Assembly: GCA_963760265.1 (NCBI GenBank)
Contig: CAVXCR010000029.1
Coordinates: 46,779 to 110,778, forward strand
Direction of reading: 5' to 3'
Source of the DNA: Terriglobia bacterium
Lineage (GTDB): Bacteria; Acidobacteriota; Terriglobia; Terriglobales; Acidobacteriaceae
Length of the DNA stretch: 64,000 nucleotides
The notes under the pieces: model-generated
The model's database searches: none
What the model was told of the DNA's origin: nothing
The model's input: only the letters and a program-made list of their open reading frames with translations
Shown: positions 10,225 to 19,485 of the stretch, piece after piece
How the letters are laid out: each line of letters opens with the position of its first letter
Numbering within the stretch: position 1 is the first letter of the stretch
Position numbers and translations under genes: made by a program

Positions 10225-11190
10225 ATGGACGCAACAGCATTCGCGCAGCTTCCTTTCTCTGACGCTTTCAATCTCTGGCTGTCAAGCCGCGTGCGCATCG
10301 CGCCTGGAACGCGCCGCGATTACCAGAACGATTTTCACCGGCTCTCGCCTTTTCTTGGACATGTTCGCTTGCGGGAAATCACGATTGACCACATCAATCG
10401 ATACCGCGCTGATCGTGCTCAAAAAGCAGGTCCTAACCGGATCAACAAAGAACTGAACCTACTTTCCCAGATCATGCGACGCGCTGGCGTGTGGGCGCCG
10501 ATTGCAGATTGGTACGAACCTCTGCCGCTGCCGAGATCTCGCGGCATTGCTCTGGAGCCGAAAGAAGAGGCGCATCTGTTTCGCCTGGCTGCCAGCCGGT
10601 CTCGCTGGATTGTCGCCTACTGCTGTTCGCTTATTGCGCGCAACACCTGTGCCTGTCCGGGTGAGCTGCGCGCGCTCACCTTGGCCGACTTCGATACGAA
10701 GAACTGCACCTGGATTCGCATCACCAAAGGAACGAAAAACAACTTCCGCGTCCGCTCGCTCTTCTGCAACCAGGACGCACAGTGGGCGCTTCGTACGCTG
10801 TACGTCCGCGCGCTAAAGAAGGGCGCCCACCTGCCGCAGCACTATCTCTTGCCGCACCGCGGCCCGGACGTGCATCGACCGATGTACGGCTGGCACAAGG
10901 CATGGAGCGCACTCCGGGCGGAAGCCGCGAACAAGTTTCCCCGACTCGCCCGGCTCAGGTTCTACGACTGCCGGCACACGGCATGTACTCGGATGCTGGA
11001 GAATCCAGAGATTCCTTACGGCGCTATTGAAGCGATGATGGGCCACGCAATCAATTCTCAGACGAAGCAGCTTTATTTTCACATTCGCAATGAGACGCTT
11101 GAGAAGGCAGCACGAGCGCTGTCGAGTGGTCACTACCAGAAGTTCGGACCGGGCACTAGCGGGAGAGTAGTCAGAGTTGGTGCTGCGTAA
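10225..11190 (+). CDS. tyrosine recombinase/integrase (possibly catalytically impaired)
   Basis: C-terminal box FYDCRHTACTRML...MMGHAINSQTKQLYFHI (R-H...H...Y). The position normally holding the first catalytic Arg reads TCACPGEL (Cys, TGT at 10654). Confidence 0.8.
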   Translation: MDATAFAQLPFSDAFNLWLSSRVRIAPGTRRDYQNDFHRLSPFLGHVRLREITIDHINRYRADRAQKAGPNRINKELNLLSQIMRRAGVWAPIADWYEPLPLPRSRGIALEPKEEAHLFRLAASRSRWIVAYCCSLIARNTCACPGELRALTLADFDTKNCTWIRITKGTKNNFRVRSLFCNQDAQWALRTLYVRALKKGAHLPQHYLLPHRGPDVHRPMYGWHKAWSALRAEAANKFPRLARLRFYDCRHTACTRMLENPEIPYGAIEAMMGHAINSQTKQLYFHIRNETLEKAARALSSGHYQKFGPGTSGRVVRVGAA

Positions 11191-11368
11191 AACGCGGGAG
11201 GTAAATCGCCAAATGAAAACTCCAGGTCGCTCCCAAACACCCAAAAGCAGGCGCAGTTCACATTCGAATCGAGCGCGGCCGCGGCGAGCGGTTCGCGTGC
11301 GATCCCTCAAAACTCGTTCCGGTACCTGCAGCGCTCACACCCTACGCGCGCGTGTGTTGCGGAAGGTG

Positions 11369-11530
11369 ATGGCCTGGCACCCGGACCAGGAGGACAAGAT
11401 TCTGATTAGCAAACTTCACAAGAAACTCGGTTTGAAGCCGTCTGAGATTTTGCGCCGCAGTGTGCAGCTCCTCGCTGAGGACCTGGGGTTTCAGAGAAAG
11501 GGATTGCGCCCGCGGCCGTTTCGTCGATAA
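11369..11530 (+). CDS. small putative ribbon-helix-helix-like protein
   Basis: The ATG at 11369 has a GGAAGG RBS. Product MAWHPDQEDKILISKLHKKLGLKPSEILRRSVQLLAEDLGF... Confidence 0.35.
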   Translation: MAWHPDQEDKILISKLHKKLGLKPSEILRRSVQLLAEDLGFQRKGLRPRPFRR

Positions 11531-11595
11531 TCAAAAGGGGGTCAGTATCTTGCGACGGGAGTTCCACAAAATGAAGGCTGACAAGAGCAGGCGTT

Positions 11596-11862
11596 CTAAG
11601 AATCAGATGACTGTTTCGGAATCCAGCGCTTCAGGGCCTGAACTACTGCAGCAAGGGCTTTCTGCTCTTCAGGACCTGGAGAACACGCCTGTTCGACCTG
11701 TCGAATCTGTTCTAGAAAACTTACTACTTCATCGTGGCCTGATCCGACAGCTCGAATCGCCATACAGCATTTCAGAACATCAATGGAAACGGTGAGCGTG
11801 TTGAGTTTATTGTGCAGTTCTAGGATAGCGGCCGTGAGTTGCGCGAGTTGCTGTTCTGTCAT
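11596..11862 (-). CDS. hypothetical helical protein, translationally coupled to the upstream zinc-ribbon gene
   Basis: 88-codon ORF whose start overlaps the stop of 11859-13019 by 4 nt. Confidence 0.45.
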   Translation of the reverse strand: MTEQQLAQLTAAILELHNKLNTLTVSIDVLKCCMAIRAVGSGHDEVVSFLEQIRQVEQACSPGPEEQKALAAVVQALKRWIPKQSSDS

Positions 11863-13019
11863 TGTGCGGCTCTTTCCCCCGCTAGGAGTGGGGCGCGATC
11901 TCGAACGTCACGGCTACGTTGTTCTGCGCGCCTCCGGTGCTGCGTAAGAAGTACGACGCCATTCGGCAGTTTCCAAACTGTTTTGTGCCGGCACTCATAT
12001 CTCACAACGACGATTTCTTTCGCGGGGAGGGAAGGCGTCACACACGCATCGATCTTTGCTCGGATCGCGGAAGGGACCCTTGCTCTAAAGCGGCGGTATC
12101 TGTGCAGATCAATTCGCCACGAGATCATCGTGTCTCCCTTTCGGCATATTGGGCGATTGTCATCCGCACGTGGGCCGCCGAGTTTCAGAGAGAAAAATCG
12201 ACCGAGTGATACGTCGAAGTAAAACACTCTCGGCTTCTTACAATCGCCCTTACAGCGAACCCTGATGAGTTCTCGCGGGACTCCATTTACCAAGCCCAGA
12301 TGTTTTCCGTTAGCGACTGTCTTGCCATTGCAGTGGGGGCACGTTCTGGCTTTGGGTGGGAGATTGCTGAACCGGCCGCGATGTTCGAGGTCCAACACCG
12401 CTTTTCCGTTCAGGCACTTCAGTCGCCTGCGGTAGTTTCGGCACTTGTGATTGAAACACCGAAAAATGTTGTAGGTCGTTCCCGTTTCGGATCCACGGTA
12501 GTGATGAGTATATTTTCCACCAGGAAGGCACATTCCCCCGCACTCAGGGCACCACACCCAGCCGTGGCGTCTTTCGTATGATGTTTTTACTCGCCGTCGC
12601 AGAGGCAGCAAAACTTCTTTCTGGGTGTTCGGATTCTTCGCGGCATCGAGCGGCTGCCATTCGGTTTCATGGGGCAGGATGCCGAAGCTGACTACCTGAT
12701 GCCGGCTTCCCGTCGTTCCTGAGCAGGTTGCGTGATCCTTCAGCCGGCCGTGGAACCAGTGCTTGAGATAATCGGATCTGAGCCTGGGGCGTGCGCCACA
12801 GCGTGGGCAAACTAGTTGAGTGACGGTCTCTTCATCCGTTGTTCTCTTTTTGCCTGCCTCCTGCCTAGTCACCTCCGCTATTCCTTGTTCGAACATGTAG
12901 GGTAGCGGCTTCTTGCTGCGAGAGTACGCAGACAGCCGCGAAGCAGAGCACTTAAATCTCTTCGCCGCCTCCCGTAAGCTGTATCCGAAGCGCTCGCAAA
13001 ATTCGAGAATCGGATTCAT
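11859..13019 (-). CDS. orphan HTH plus multi-zinc-ribbon protein
   Basis: The ATG at 13019 has a GAAGGTGG RBS. N-terminus MNPILEFCERFGYSLREAAKRF... Cys pairs CPRC, CPEC(GGMC), CFNHKC, CPHC and CKGDC are spread along the protein. The region is visibly lower in G+C. Confidence 0.6.
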   Translation of the reverse strand: MNPILEFCERFGYSLREAAKRFKCSASRLSAYSRSKKPLPYMFEQGIAEVTRQEAGKKRTTDEETVTQLVCPRCGARPRLRSDYLKHWFHGRLKDHATCSGTTGSRHQVVSFGILPHETEWQPLDAAKNPNTQKEVLLPLRRRVKTSYERRHGWVWCPECGGMCLPGGKYTHHYRGSETGTTYNIFRCFNHKCRNYRRRLKCLNGKAVLDLEHRGRFSNLPPKARTCPHCNGKTVANGKHLGLVNGVPRELIRVRCKGDCKKPRVFYFDVSLGRFFSLKLGGPRADDNRPICRKGDTMISWRIDLHRYRRFRARVPSAIRAKIDACVTPSLPAKEIVVVRYECRHKTVWKLPNGVVLLTQHRRRAEQRSRDVRDRAPLLAGERAAQ

Positions 13020-13103
13020 CCGTGCACCACCTTCAGACGGATTATGCACATCAAATCCATTCAGAATCAAGAGAAGTCGTATTTTATTGTCAAGAAATCT
13101 TTT

Positions 13104-13120
13104 TGTGCATATTCTGCACA
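13104..13120. promoter_or_regulatory. candidate operator palindrome in the divergent promoter region
   Basis: TGTGCA-TATTC-TGCACA lies between the divergent zinc-ribbon gene and the XRE gene. Further TGCAC words occur nearby. Confidence 0.3.
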
Positions 13121-13290
13121 GACTCGGCAAGCAGTGCCGATTTGTCTCAAATCGCTATCGCGAAACCCGCATTTTTTGCGGGGTGCGTTCAACTTAGACG
13201 TAAAGAGAACCGCATCGCGACGAGCTGCTGCTCTACAGCTGTCCCTCTCGCGAGTTGTGCACATTTTCTTGTGCTACAACAAATTGCACG

Positions 13291-13515
13291 ATGCTGCTCA
13301 GCCTGAAAGTCGTTTTGCTTCGTCGTGACATGTCGCAGCTGCAACTCGCACGTGCGCTGCGGATGTCTCCGGCCAAGGTATCCCGCATCATCCGCGGCCG
13401 GATCAAGGCCAAACCGCAGGACGTGGCAAAAATCGCTTCGTTCTTAGAGCTGCCAGCCTCGGCCCTTGCCTCGCTTGACCGCAGCAAAAAATCCAGTACA
13501 GGAGGAACACAGTGA
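13291..13515 (+). CDS. XRE-family HTH transcriptional regulator
   Basis: LRRDMSQLQLARALRMSPAKVSRIIRGRIK, a typical Cro/C1-type HTH. Confidence 0.7.
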   Translation: MLLSLKVVLLRRDMSQLQLARALRMSPAKVSRIIRGRIKAKPQDVAKIASFLELPASALASLDRSKKSSTGGTQ

Positions 13516-13913
13516 ATTCAACCGCAACTCGGTCAGACGTCGGCACTCGACGTGATGGCCGTCACGAACTCGAAGAAATCCTCGCTCCGGAAATGTTCAA
13601 CTTCTCGGCGCCGGGCGACTGCATCGCCGGCACGCTGCTCTCGATCGACAAGGTCATCGTGAAGGGCAAGCCGGTCACGCAATATCTCATGCGGCCTGAT
13701 GAGAGAGACCGGCGCGTGCGGTTCCTGGCCACGTACGACCTCGCCCAGAAGCTGCAGCCGGAACACATCGGCCGCTTTGTCGAGGTGACGTTTACCGGCG
13801 AGAACAAAGAGGTGAAGAAAGGCGACAACTACCTGCGGGAATTCCGGGTGCGAGTCGAGAAGGCTCGGGCCCAGAACAATTCCGAGATCACCGACGACGA
13901 TATTCCGTTCTGA
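13512..13913 (+). CDS. hypothetical protein
   Basis: 133-codon ORF with a GTG start overlapping the XRE stop by 4 nt and a beta-rich middle part. A hairpin follows. Confidence 0.5.
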   Translation: MNSTATRSDVGTRRDGRHELEEILAPEMFNFSAPGDCIAGTLLSIDKVIVKGKPVTQYLMRPDERDRRVRFLATYDLAQKLQPEHIGRFVEVTFTGENKEVKKGDNYLREFRVRVEKARAQNNSEITDDDIPF

Positions 13914-13921
13914 ACGCTTTA

Positions 13922-13955
13922 CCCCGTCACAGCGTTTGGATCCGCTGTGACGGGG
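13922..13955 (+). terminator. 13-bp perfect hairpin after 13512-13913
   Basis: CCCCGTCACAGCG-TTTGGATC-CGCTGTGACGGGG. No clear T-run. Confidence 0.45.
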
Positions 13956-14052
13956 GGTACGGGAATTGCGGTTGTCTTTCCGCGCAACCCGTTGTCCGTT
14001 TGCGCTTCTAGCCTACCGCAATTCCCTCCACACGCAAAAATAAAACGTTTCG

Positions 14053-14274
14053 ATGCAGGGACTTCCAATGCATGCGGAACTCACCGCGAAACTCAAAACC
14101 GCGCGCGTCCGTTACATCCAGGCCGTGGTCGATTACCGTCGCGAGCGCGACGCGGCAGAAGCCAAACTGCGCGCTGCCGAGCATGAATTTAGCCAGGCCA
14201 TGGCCGAATTGTTTTGTGGTCAGGCAGGCCAAGCCGTACCGGCCTCGACCGTCGTCTCGGGGGCTGGAAACTAA
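14053..14274 (+). CDS. small helical hypothetical protein
   Basis: 73-codon ORF upstream of the Rep gene. No motif recognised. Confidence 0.35.
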   Translation: MQGLPMHAELTAKLKTARVRYIQAVVDYRRERDAAEAKLRAAEHEFSQAMAELFCGQAGQAVPASTVVSGAGN

Positions 14275-14553
14275 ACCAAAGATCGCGCTCCCCAGTTCCT
14301 AGCCCGCTCTGGGTCGCGAGACTAACGCATGGTTCCAGCTTCCGAGAGAGCGGCCGCGCGACGAATGCGGCGCCAGGCCGGGGTCCCATCGCGCTGCTTT
14401 TGCGCGATGGGCGGCCTCTGGCGCCGCGCGCGCGGCCGGCATGCGAAGGGTTAAACAAAGCGGGCTCCGATGGCCGGGGCACAAGCCCCGGCGACGGGCT
14501 GCGAAGCGCAGCGAAGCAGTCCCCTTTTACTTGAGTCTCCGAATAACTGTGAA

Positions 14554-15795
14554 ATGGCAACTGCACCCAATTCGCCCGAACTGAACTGGAAAGACCCGCG
14601 CTTTGTCGAGCAGTGGAAACAGGAACGAAGGGAGCGGCACAAGAATGCCTGGTGGTCGCCGCTGTTTACCGGCATTCTGATAGTGGCCTCTCCAGATTCC
14701 GAGCTCGCCGGCATCGCAACGCGAACCGAATCGTACCTGGTGCGCGCGGGCGAAAGCCTGGTTGACCGCGCGCGGCGGCTTAACTCCGGCGACAAGCAAG
14801 CCAGCCGCAAGGCAAACGGCTATTCGATTCCAACCCTGATCACGCAAGAACCGGACGGCAGGTGGAATGTTTCACCGATCGCGGTCCGCGCCACTCAAGA
14901 AAAAATCGAAAAAGCACAGCACCTCTGCGAACTGGGGCTGGAGAAAAAAGCGCAGCGGGAATTGGCGTGCGGGGTGCTGGGCGGCGAGGTGGCTTGCCGC
15001 AATGGGCATTCGTTCCGCGTCGCCTACGAGTGCGGCAATCGTTACTGCGTCAACTGCGGTCCGCGTGCTGCGAACCGGCTGTTCGCTAAACATCACGCCC
15101 GCCTTGCCGGGGTCGTGCGCCGCCTGGTTCCCGACTGGCCGCCAGCGCCCGGCAAGAAGCCTGCGGTTGTAATCGCGAAGCTGGATTTCACGCTGCGGAA
15201 CACCGGACAGATGCCGTCGCCGGAGCTCATGCGCCGGCTGAACGGGTGCATCAAGCGTTTTTGCCGCGCCATCGAACGCCGCCATGGAATCAGCCGCCAG
15301 CAGTACGGATTGGCGTTCTGTGACGAGTTGGGCGGAAACAACACCAACGCTCACGCCCATGGTGTGTACGTTGGGCCCTGGCTGCCTCAGGAACGAAAGG
15401 AACTCTCCAGGCTGTGGGCGAAGATCACCGGGGATGGTTCTTTCATCATCAGCATCAAGTACGCCCGGAGTTTCGAGTCCGCTCTTTTCCACGCCGTCAA
15501 ATACCCGGCGAAGCTGATTCGCTCTTCCGATCCTAAGCGCCTGGCCGACCTGGAGGCCGTCTTTCATCGCGTGCGTCGCTTTCATACCCTGGCGGCTTTC
15601 TACAACGCCAAAGTGGATCCAGAGACTGAATCGCCGCCAGAGGTCTCGACGGTCGGGCGCAAATGCCCGCTGTGTGCCGAGGCGCTGTCGGAAATCACCC
15701 GCTGGGTGCCGATGGCGCAACTGGAATCCAGGGGTCTCCCTGACATTGCGCAGGTTCGAAGCGAGCAAGCGCGGGTGCGCATTTTCAGCGGGTGA
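14554..15795 (+). CDS. rolling-circle replication initiator (HUH Rep, pC194/pIJ101-like)
   Basis: Zinc module CRNGHSFRVAYECGNRYCVNCGPR, HUH-like NAHAHGVYVG, Tyr motif FHAVKYPAK, and a C-terminal CPLC. Confidence 0.6.
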   Translation: MATAPNSPELNWKDPRFVEQWKQERRERHKNAWWSPLFTGILIVASPDSELAGIATRTESYLVRAGESLVDRARRLNSGDKQASRKANGYSIPTLITQEPDGRWNVSPIAVRATQEKIEKAQHLCELGLEKKAQRELACGVLGGEVACRNGHSFRVAYECGNRYCVNCGPRAANRLFAKHHARLAGVVRRLVPDWPPAPGKKPAVVIAKLDFTLRNTGQMPSPELMRRLNGCIKRFCRAIERRHGISRQQYGLAFCDELGGNNTNAHAHGVYVGPWLPQERKELSRLWAKITGDGSFIISIKYARSFESALFHAVKYPAKLIRSSDPKRLADLEAVFHRVRRFHTLAAFYNAKVDPETESPPEVSTVGRKCPLCAEALSEITRWVPMAQLESRGLPDIAQVRSEQARVRIFSG

Positions 15796-15881
15796 GGCGT
15801 GGCCTTTCAATACGGATAAGTGTGTTCTCGGTTCGGAAGAGTTCGGAAAACATGGGGGTACGCGGAAGGCGCAAAGAGACG

Positions 15882-16082
15882 ATGGCGGGTGCAATACAAA
15901 AGCAGCTGCTCAGGCCGGATGAGACGGCACAGTTTCTCTGTGTTTCTGTAGAGACACTCGCCCAGTGGCGCTCTCAGCGACGTGGTCCGCCATACGTAAA
16001 GCTGGAATCTCGCCTCGTTCGATATCGCCTGAGGGAACTTGAAGCGTATCTGGAAGAGCGGCTGGTCGGAACTTCTGATTGA
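15882..16082 (+). CDS. excisionase / AlpA-type HTH DNA-binding protein
   Basis: LLRPDETAQFLCVSVETLAQWRSQRRGPPYVKLESRLVRYRLRELEAYL, positioned directly upstream of an integrase. Confidence 0.7.
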   Translation: MAGAIQKQLLRPDETAQFLCVSVETLAQWRSQRRGPPYVKLESRLVRYRLRELEAYLEERLVGTSD

Positions 16083-16118
16083 CGCGATGCGTGCTTAGCG
16101 GTAAGGTGTGTAGCACAT

Positions 16119-16328
16119 ATGGCAAAGAAACTTGCTGCTGCTGTTGAGTTGGGCCGTCGTGGTGGACGTGCTCGCGCTGAAAAACTCTCCAAAGATGAAC
16201 GGCAGCAAATCGCGAGGAAGGGCGCCCATGCTCGCGCGTCGAAACTCTCAGCGGAGCAGCGCAAGCAACTCGCCAAAAAAGCCGCTCAGTCGCGCTGGAA
16301 AAAGGGGAAGGGCAATGAGTCTGTTTAA
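16119..16328 (+). CDS. small Lys/Arg/Ala-rich basic protein
   Basis: 69 codons, repeated ...RGGRARAEKLS...KGAHARASKLS... Its end overlaps the integrase start. Confidence 0.4.
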   Translation: MAKKLAAAVELGRRGGRARAEKLSKDERQQIARKGAHARASKLSAEQRKQLAKKAAQSRWKKGKGNESV

Positions 16329-17409
16329 GCGGGCCAACTCGCCCTACTGGTGGTACGAGTTTCTGTTCGAGGGCGTGCGGTATCGGCGCACAACAAAGCT
16401 CAGGAACAAGAAAGCAGCGGCAACTGCTGAGGATATTCACCGTGCCCGCCTCGCTCAGTCGCGTGCTGGCATCGTGGAACGCCGGCCAGTTCCCCTGCTG
16501 AAGAGCTTCGCCAAGCAATTCCTCGAATCAGTAAAACTGGAGCGGAAGGCGAACACGCATCGCTGCTACTCGATTTCCGTTAAGAAGCTGCTGGAGTGGT
16601 TTGGTGCGAAGCGGCTGGATGAGATCACAGCTGATGAAATTCGCCAGTTCAAAGAGTCGCGCCTGAAAGACGGTCGGTCAGGTGCGACCGTCAATCGTGA
16701 CCTGGAATGCTTGCGACGGATGTTCTGCGTCGCGATGAAAACTGACGTGATTGTCACCAGTCCGTTTGCCGCCAGGAAAATTGAATTCCTCCCGGAGAAC
16801 GGGCGTGAACGCGTGCTGACGTTCACTGAGGAACGCGCGTACCTCAAGAACGCCAACTTGTTACTTCGCGACGTGGCGACCATCATCCTTGAGGTGGGCC
16901 TTCGACCCGAGGAAGTGTTTCGGATGCGCGGCCATGATGTGCACCTGACGGCTGCTACAGCGTTCGTGCACATACCTTGCGGGAAAACCGTGAACGCGCG
17001 GCGGGATGTTGCTGTAACTACGCGAGTGATGCCGATACTCAGTCGAAGGTTGAAAAAAGCGAAGGGTGAGTACCTGTTTCCATTCCGCGTCGGTGGCGGC
17101 CATGACTGGACACAGCCAATGAAACAACTTCAACCCGCGCATCGCAAGGCGCTAGAGGAAAGCGGGGTCAATCCGTTTCGTTTATACGATCTGCGTCACA
17201 CGTACGGGACGCGCGCAGCTGAGGCAGGTACGGATCCGCTCACGTTGGCAAAACTGATGGGTCACGCGGATCTGAAAACGACGCAGAGGTACGTGCATCT
17301 GTCGAAAGCTCATCTCGCCGAGGCGCAGAGTAAGATTGAGCAGTTCCGTGCTGCACGTGAAATAGCCGAAGCTGAAAAACTGCAGCGCTCTCCCGTTGCA
17401 ACGATGTGA
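16315..17409 (+). CDS. tyrosine recombinase/integrase
   Basis: MSLFKRANSPYWWYEF..., GLRPEE (Arg I), YDLRHTYGTRAAEAG, LMGHADLKTTQRYVHL. The 3' end faces att copy 2. Confidence 0.9.
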   Translation: MSLFKRANSPYWWYEFLFEGVRYRRTTKLRNKKAAATAEDIHRARLAQSRAGIVERRPVPLLKSFAKQFLESVKLERKANTHRCYSISVKKLLEWFGAKRLDEITADEIRQFKESRLKDGRSGATVNRDLECLRRMFCVAMKTDVIVTSPFAARKIEFLPENGRERVLTFTEERAYLKNANLLLRDVATIILEVGLRPEEVFRMRGHDVHLTAATAFVHIPCGKTVNARRDVAVTTRVMPILSRRLKKAKGEYLFPFRVGGGHDWTQPMKQLQPAHRKALEESGVNPFRLYDLRHTYGTRAAEAGTDPLTLAKLMGHADLKTTQRYVHLSKAHLAEAQSKIEQFRAAREIAEAEKLQRSPVATM

Positions 17410-17714
17410 GGGAGCCTGCCGCAACTTGGCGTTTAAGGTAAGCAGCAACCCTGCCCTGTTCGCCAGCGCGAGCCAGGGAAGCCCAACCATTCGCGTAGGA
17501 GTCCATCGTGGTGAGCGATTCAATCCGTGATTGCCGAAGCGCAGTTGTCCACTCGCTGCGCGTGTGGGGGATTGTGTGGGGAATGCACGGACAGCTTCAT
17601 ACATCTAGGCACATCTTGGCCCAGGCTGGTACACGTCGCGAACTGCTGCTGCGTCAGCCGCTTACGCCGGAAATGCGGGACAGGCAATGACTTACAGGAA
17701 ACGCTCAAAAACGG

Positions 17715-17760
17715 CTCTGGATCAGCATATCGGGGTTCGAATCCCTGGGGGGCAGCCAAA
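17715..17760 (+). repeat. att-type direct repeat, copy 2
   Basis: 46/46 identical to 5613-5658. It lacks the tRNA 5' half, so it is not a gene. Confidence 0.9.
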
Positions 17761-17972
17761 GATTTCAAAAGACTTACCTTTCCGGACTTCCTGAAAAACA
17801 CCGGAAAAATGCCGACCGGTAACAGAAACCGGTAACATTTGCTTCGCGAATACCCCGGAACGCCGATGGAGCTCCGTGGCAATCGCAACCATCGGCAACA
17901 GCAGTTTTCGCGCGGCGCGAGCCTTCGGCAGCGGTTTGACGAATTGGCTGAACTGGAGGAAAACCGTGCCCC

Positions 17973-19316
17973 ATGAAGGACAGCAAACGCACCAAGCTGC
18001 CTCGCGGCCTGCGCTGGAAAGCCGACTCCCCGTTCATCTGGTTCAGTTGGCGCAACGCGCGCGGCAAACAGCATCAGAAAAATACTGGGACCAATGACCC
18101 GGCGAAAGCCCTCGCCTTCAAGCTGGAGTTTCTTGCCAACGAGCACGAGGAAATCGCAGAGACTAAAACCCAGGCGGAGGACATGGGCAGGCTGCCACTG
18201 AGCCGCGTGGCGGAGCTCTACTTTGAGTGGAAAGCCGCCAGCAGCGCTGCCGTTACCATCGAACGCGAACGCCGCATTTTCAAGCCGGTCAGGAATTTCT
18301 TCGGCTCGCAGTTGCCGGTTAAGGCGATCAAGCTGCCGATGATGCAGCAGTATCAGCAGCAACGACGCCAGCACGTAAGCAAGAATATGAAGCAGCCCGT
18401 CACCGCGCGAACCGTGAACTACGAAATGCAACTGCTGCGCAACGTGCTCATGTTTGCCCATTGCTGGACGGGCGACCTGGCCGCGGGCTACAAGCCGCTG
18501 CGCCAGGTGAAGTCGCGCGCAGGCAAGTGCGCCGCCAAGGAACAGGTGATGACGATTATCGAGAAAGCGAAAGCAAACCCGTATTGGCAGCTGGCGATGT
18601 ATTGTGCCGCGGTCGCGATTGGCACTGGCTGCCGCGGCGGCGAGATTCGCCGGCTGCAGCTCGGCGACATTGATCTGGAGGGTGGCAAGCTGGCAATCCG
18701 GCGCGAGATCGCGAAGAACCGCAAGCAACGCGAACCGCGTCTGATGGCGCTCGCCGAATGGGGGCTGCGCCACCTGCTGGAGCGCGCTCACGCGCTGGGG
18801 GCAACTGAGCCTCAGCATTACCTGTTGCCGCTTCAGCTAACGCAGTCGCGCTATTACAACAAAGAGAAGGACGAGAAATGGGACCTGATCCGGCCCATGG
18901 CTTCCTGGACGCGCTCCTGGAGAAGGCTGGTGGCCGAATGCGGCATGAGTGGATTTCGTTTCCACGATCTCCGGCACACGTTTCGCACTTGGGGCGCCGA
19001 AGCGGGCGTGCCGCTGGAAGTGATGATGGCACAGCTGGGGCACATGGACCGCGAAACGTCCCTGGAGTACGTGCACATCCAGCAGCATGCCATGGAGCGC
19101 GCCCAGCAGTTGATCGAGTCCGAGCAGAAAGAGATCCTGGCGATCGCGGAAGGGCGAAAGCGGATACTCCGGGCCCGCCATGGCACCAGAAGAGCGGCTG
19201 CGAAGCCGGTGGTTGCAGTGTCTACGGCACTCCACGCGCCTTCGATCCGGCTGGCCGACACTGCTCGCAAGGCCGGCCTTTCGGGGCGGCAACTGGCTGC
19301 TGCCCCGGGACAATAA
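17973..19316 (+). CDS. tyrosine recombinase/integrase (5' end adjacent to att copy 2)
   Basis: GCRGGEIRRL (Arg I), FHDLRHTFRTWGAEAG, LGHMDRETSLEYVHI. Confidence 0.9.
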   Translation: MKDSKRTKLPRGLRWKADSPFIWFSWRNARGKQHQKNTGTNDPAKALAFKLEFLANEHEEIAETKTQAEDMGRLPLSRVAELYFEWKAASSAAVTIERERRIFKPVRNFFGSQLPVKAIKLPMMQQYQQQRRQHVSKNMKQPVTARTVNYEMQLLRNVLMFAHCWTGDLAAGYKPLRQVKSRAGKCAAKEQVMTIIEKAKANPYWQLAMYCAAVAIGTGCRGGEIRRLQLGDIDLEGGKLAIRREIAKNRKQREPRLMALAEWGLRHLLERAHALGATEPQHYLLPLQLTQSRYYNKEKDEKWDLIRPMASWTRSWRRLVAECGMSGFRFHDLRHTFRTWGAEAGVPLEVMMAQLGHMDRETSLEYVHIQQHAMERAQQLIESEQKEILAIAEGRKRILRARHGTRRAAAKPVVAVSTALHAPSIRLADTARKAGLSGRQLAAAPGQ

Positions 19317-19485
19317 GAACCCGTTTGCCGCCTGGCGCCACAGCCGCGAACCGAGGCCGTGGCGCTGGCGGGTTGACCAAATCGGCATTCGGAATTGAGA
19401 AAAAATTCTCAGATGTTGGAGCTCAAAGATGAGAACTTCAAACCGTGCTTTCCGGATCACGCCACCAGTTCACGCCCAACACGAA

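Noticed and set aside
17715-17760. Extra tRNA-Gln genes at 17715 and 30904
   Set aside because: Both copies start in the anticodon loop and lack the acceptor 5' strand and D arm. They are att repeats, not genes.
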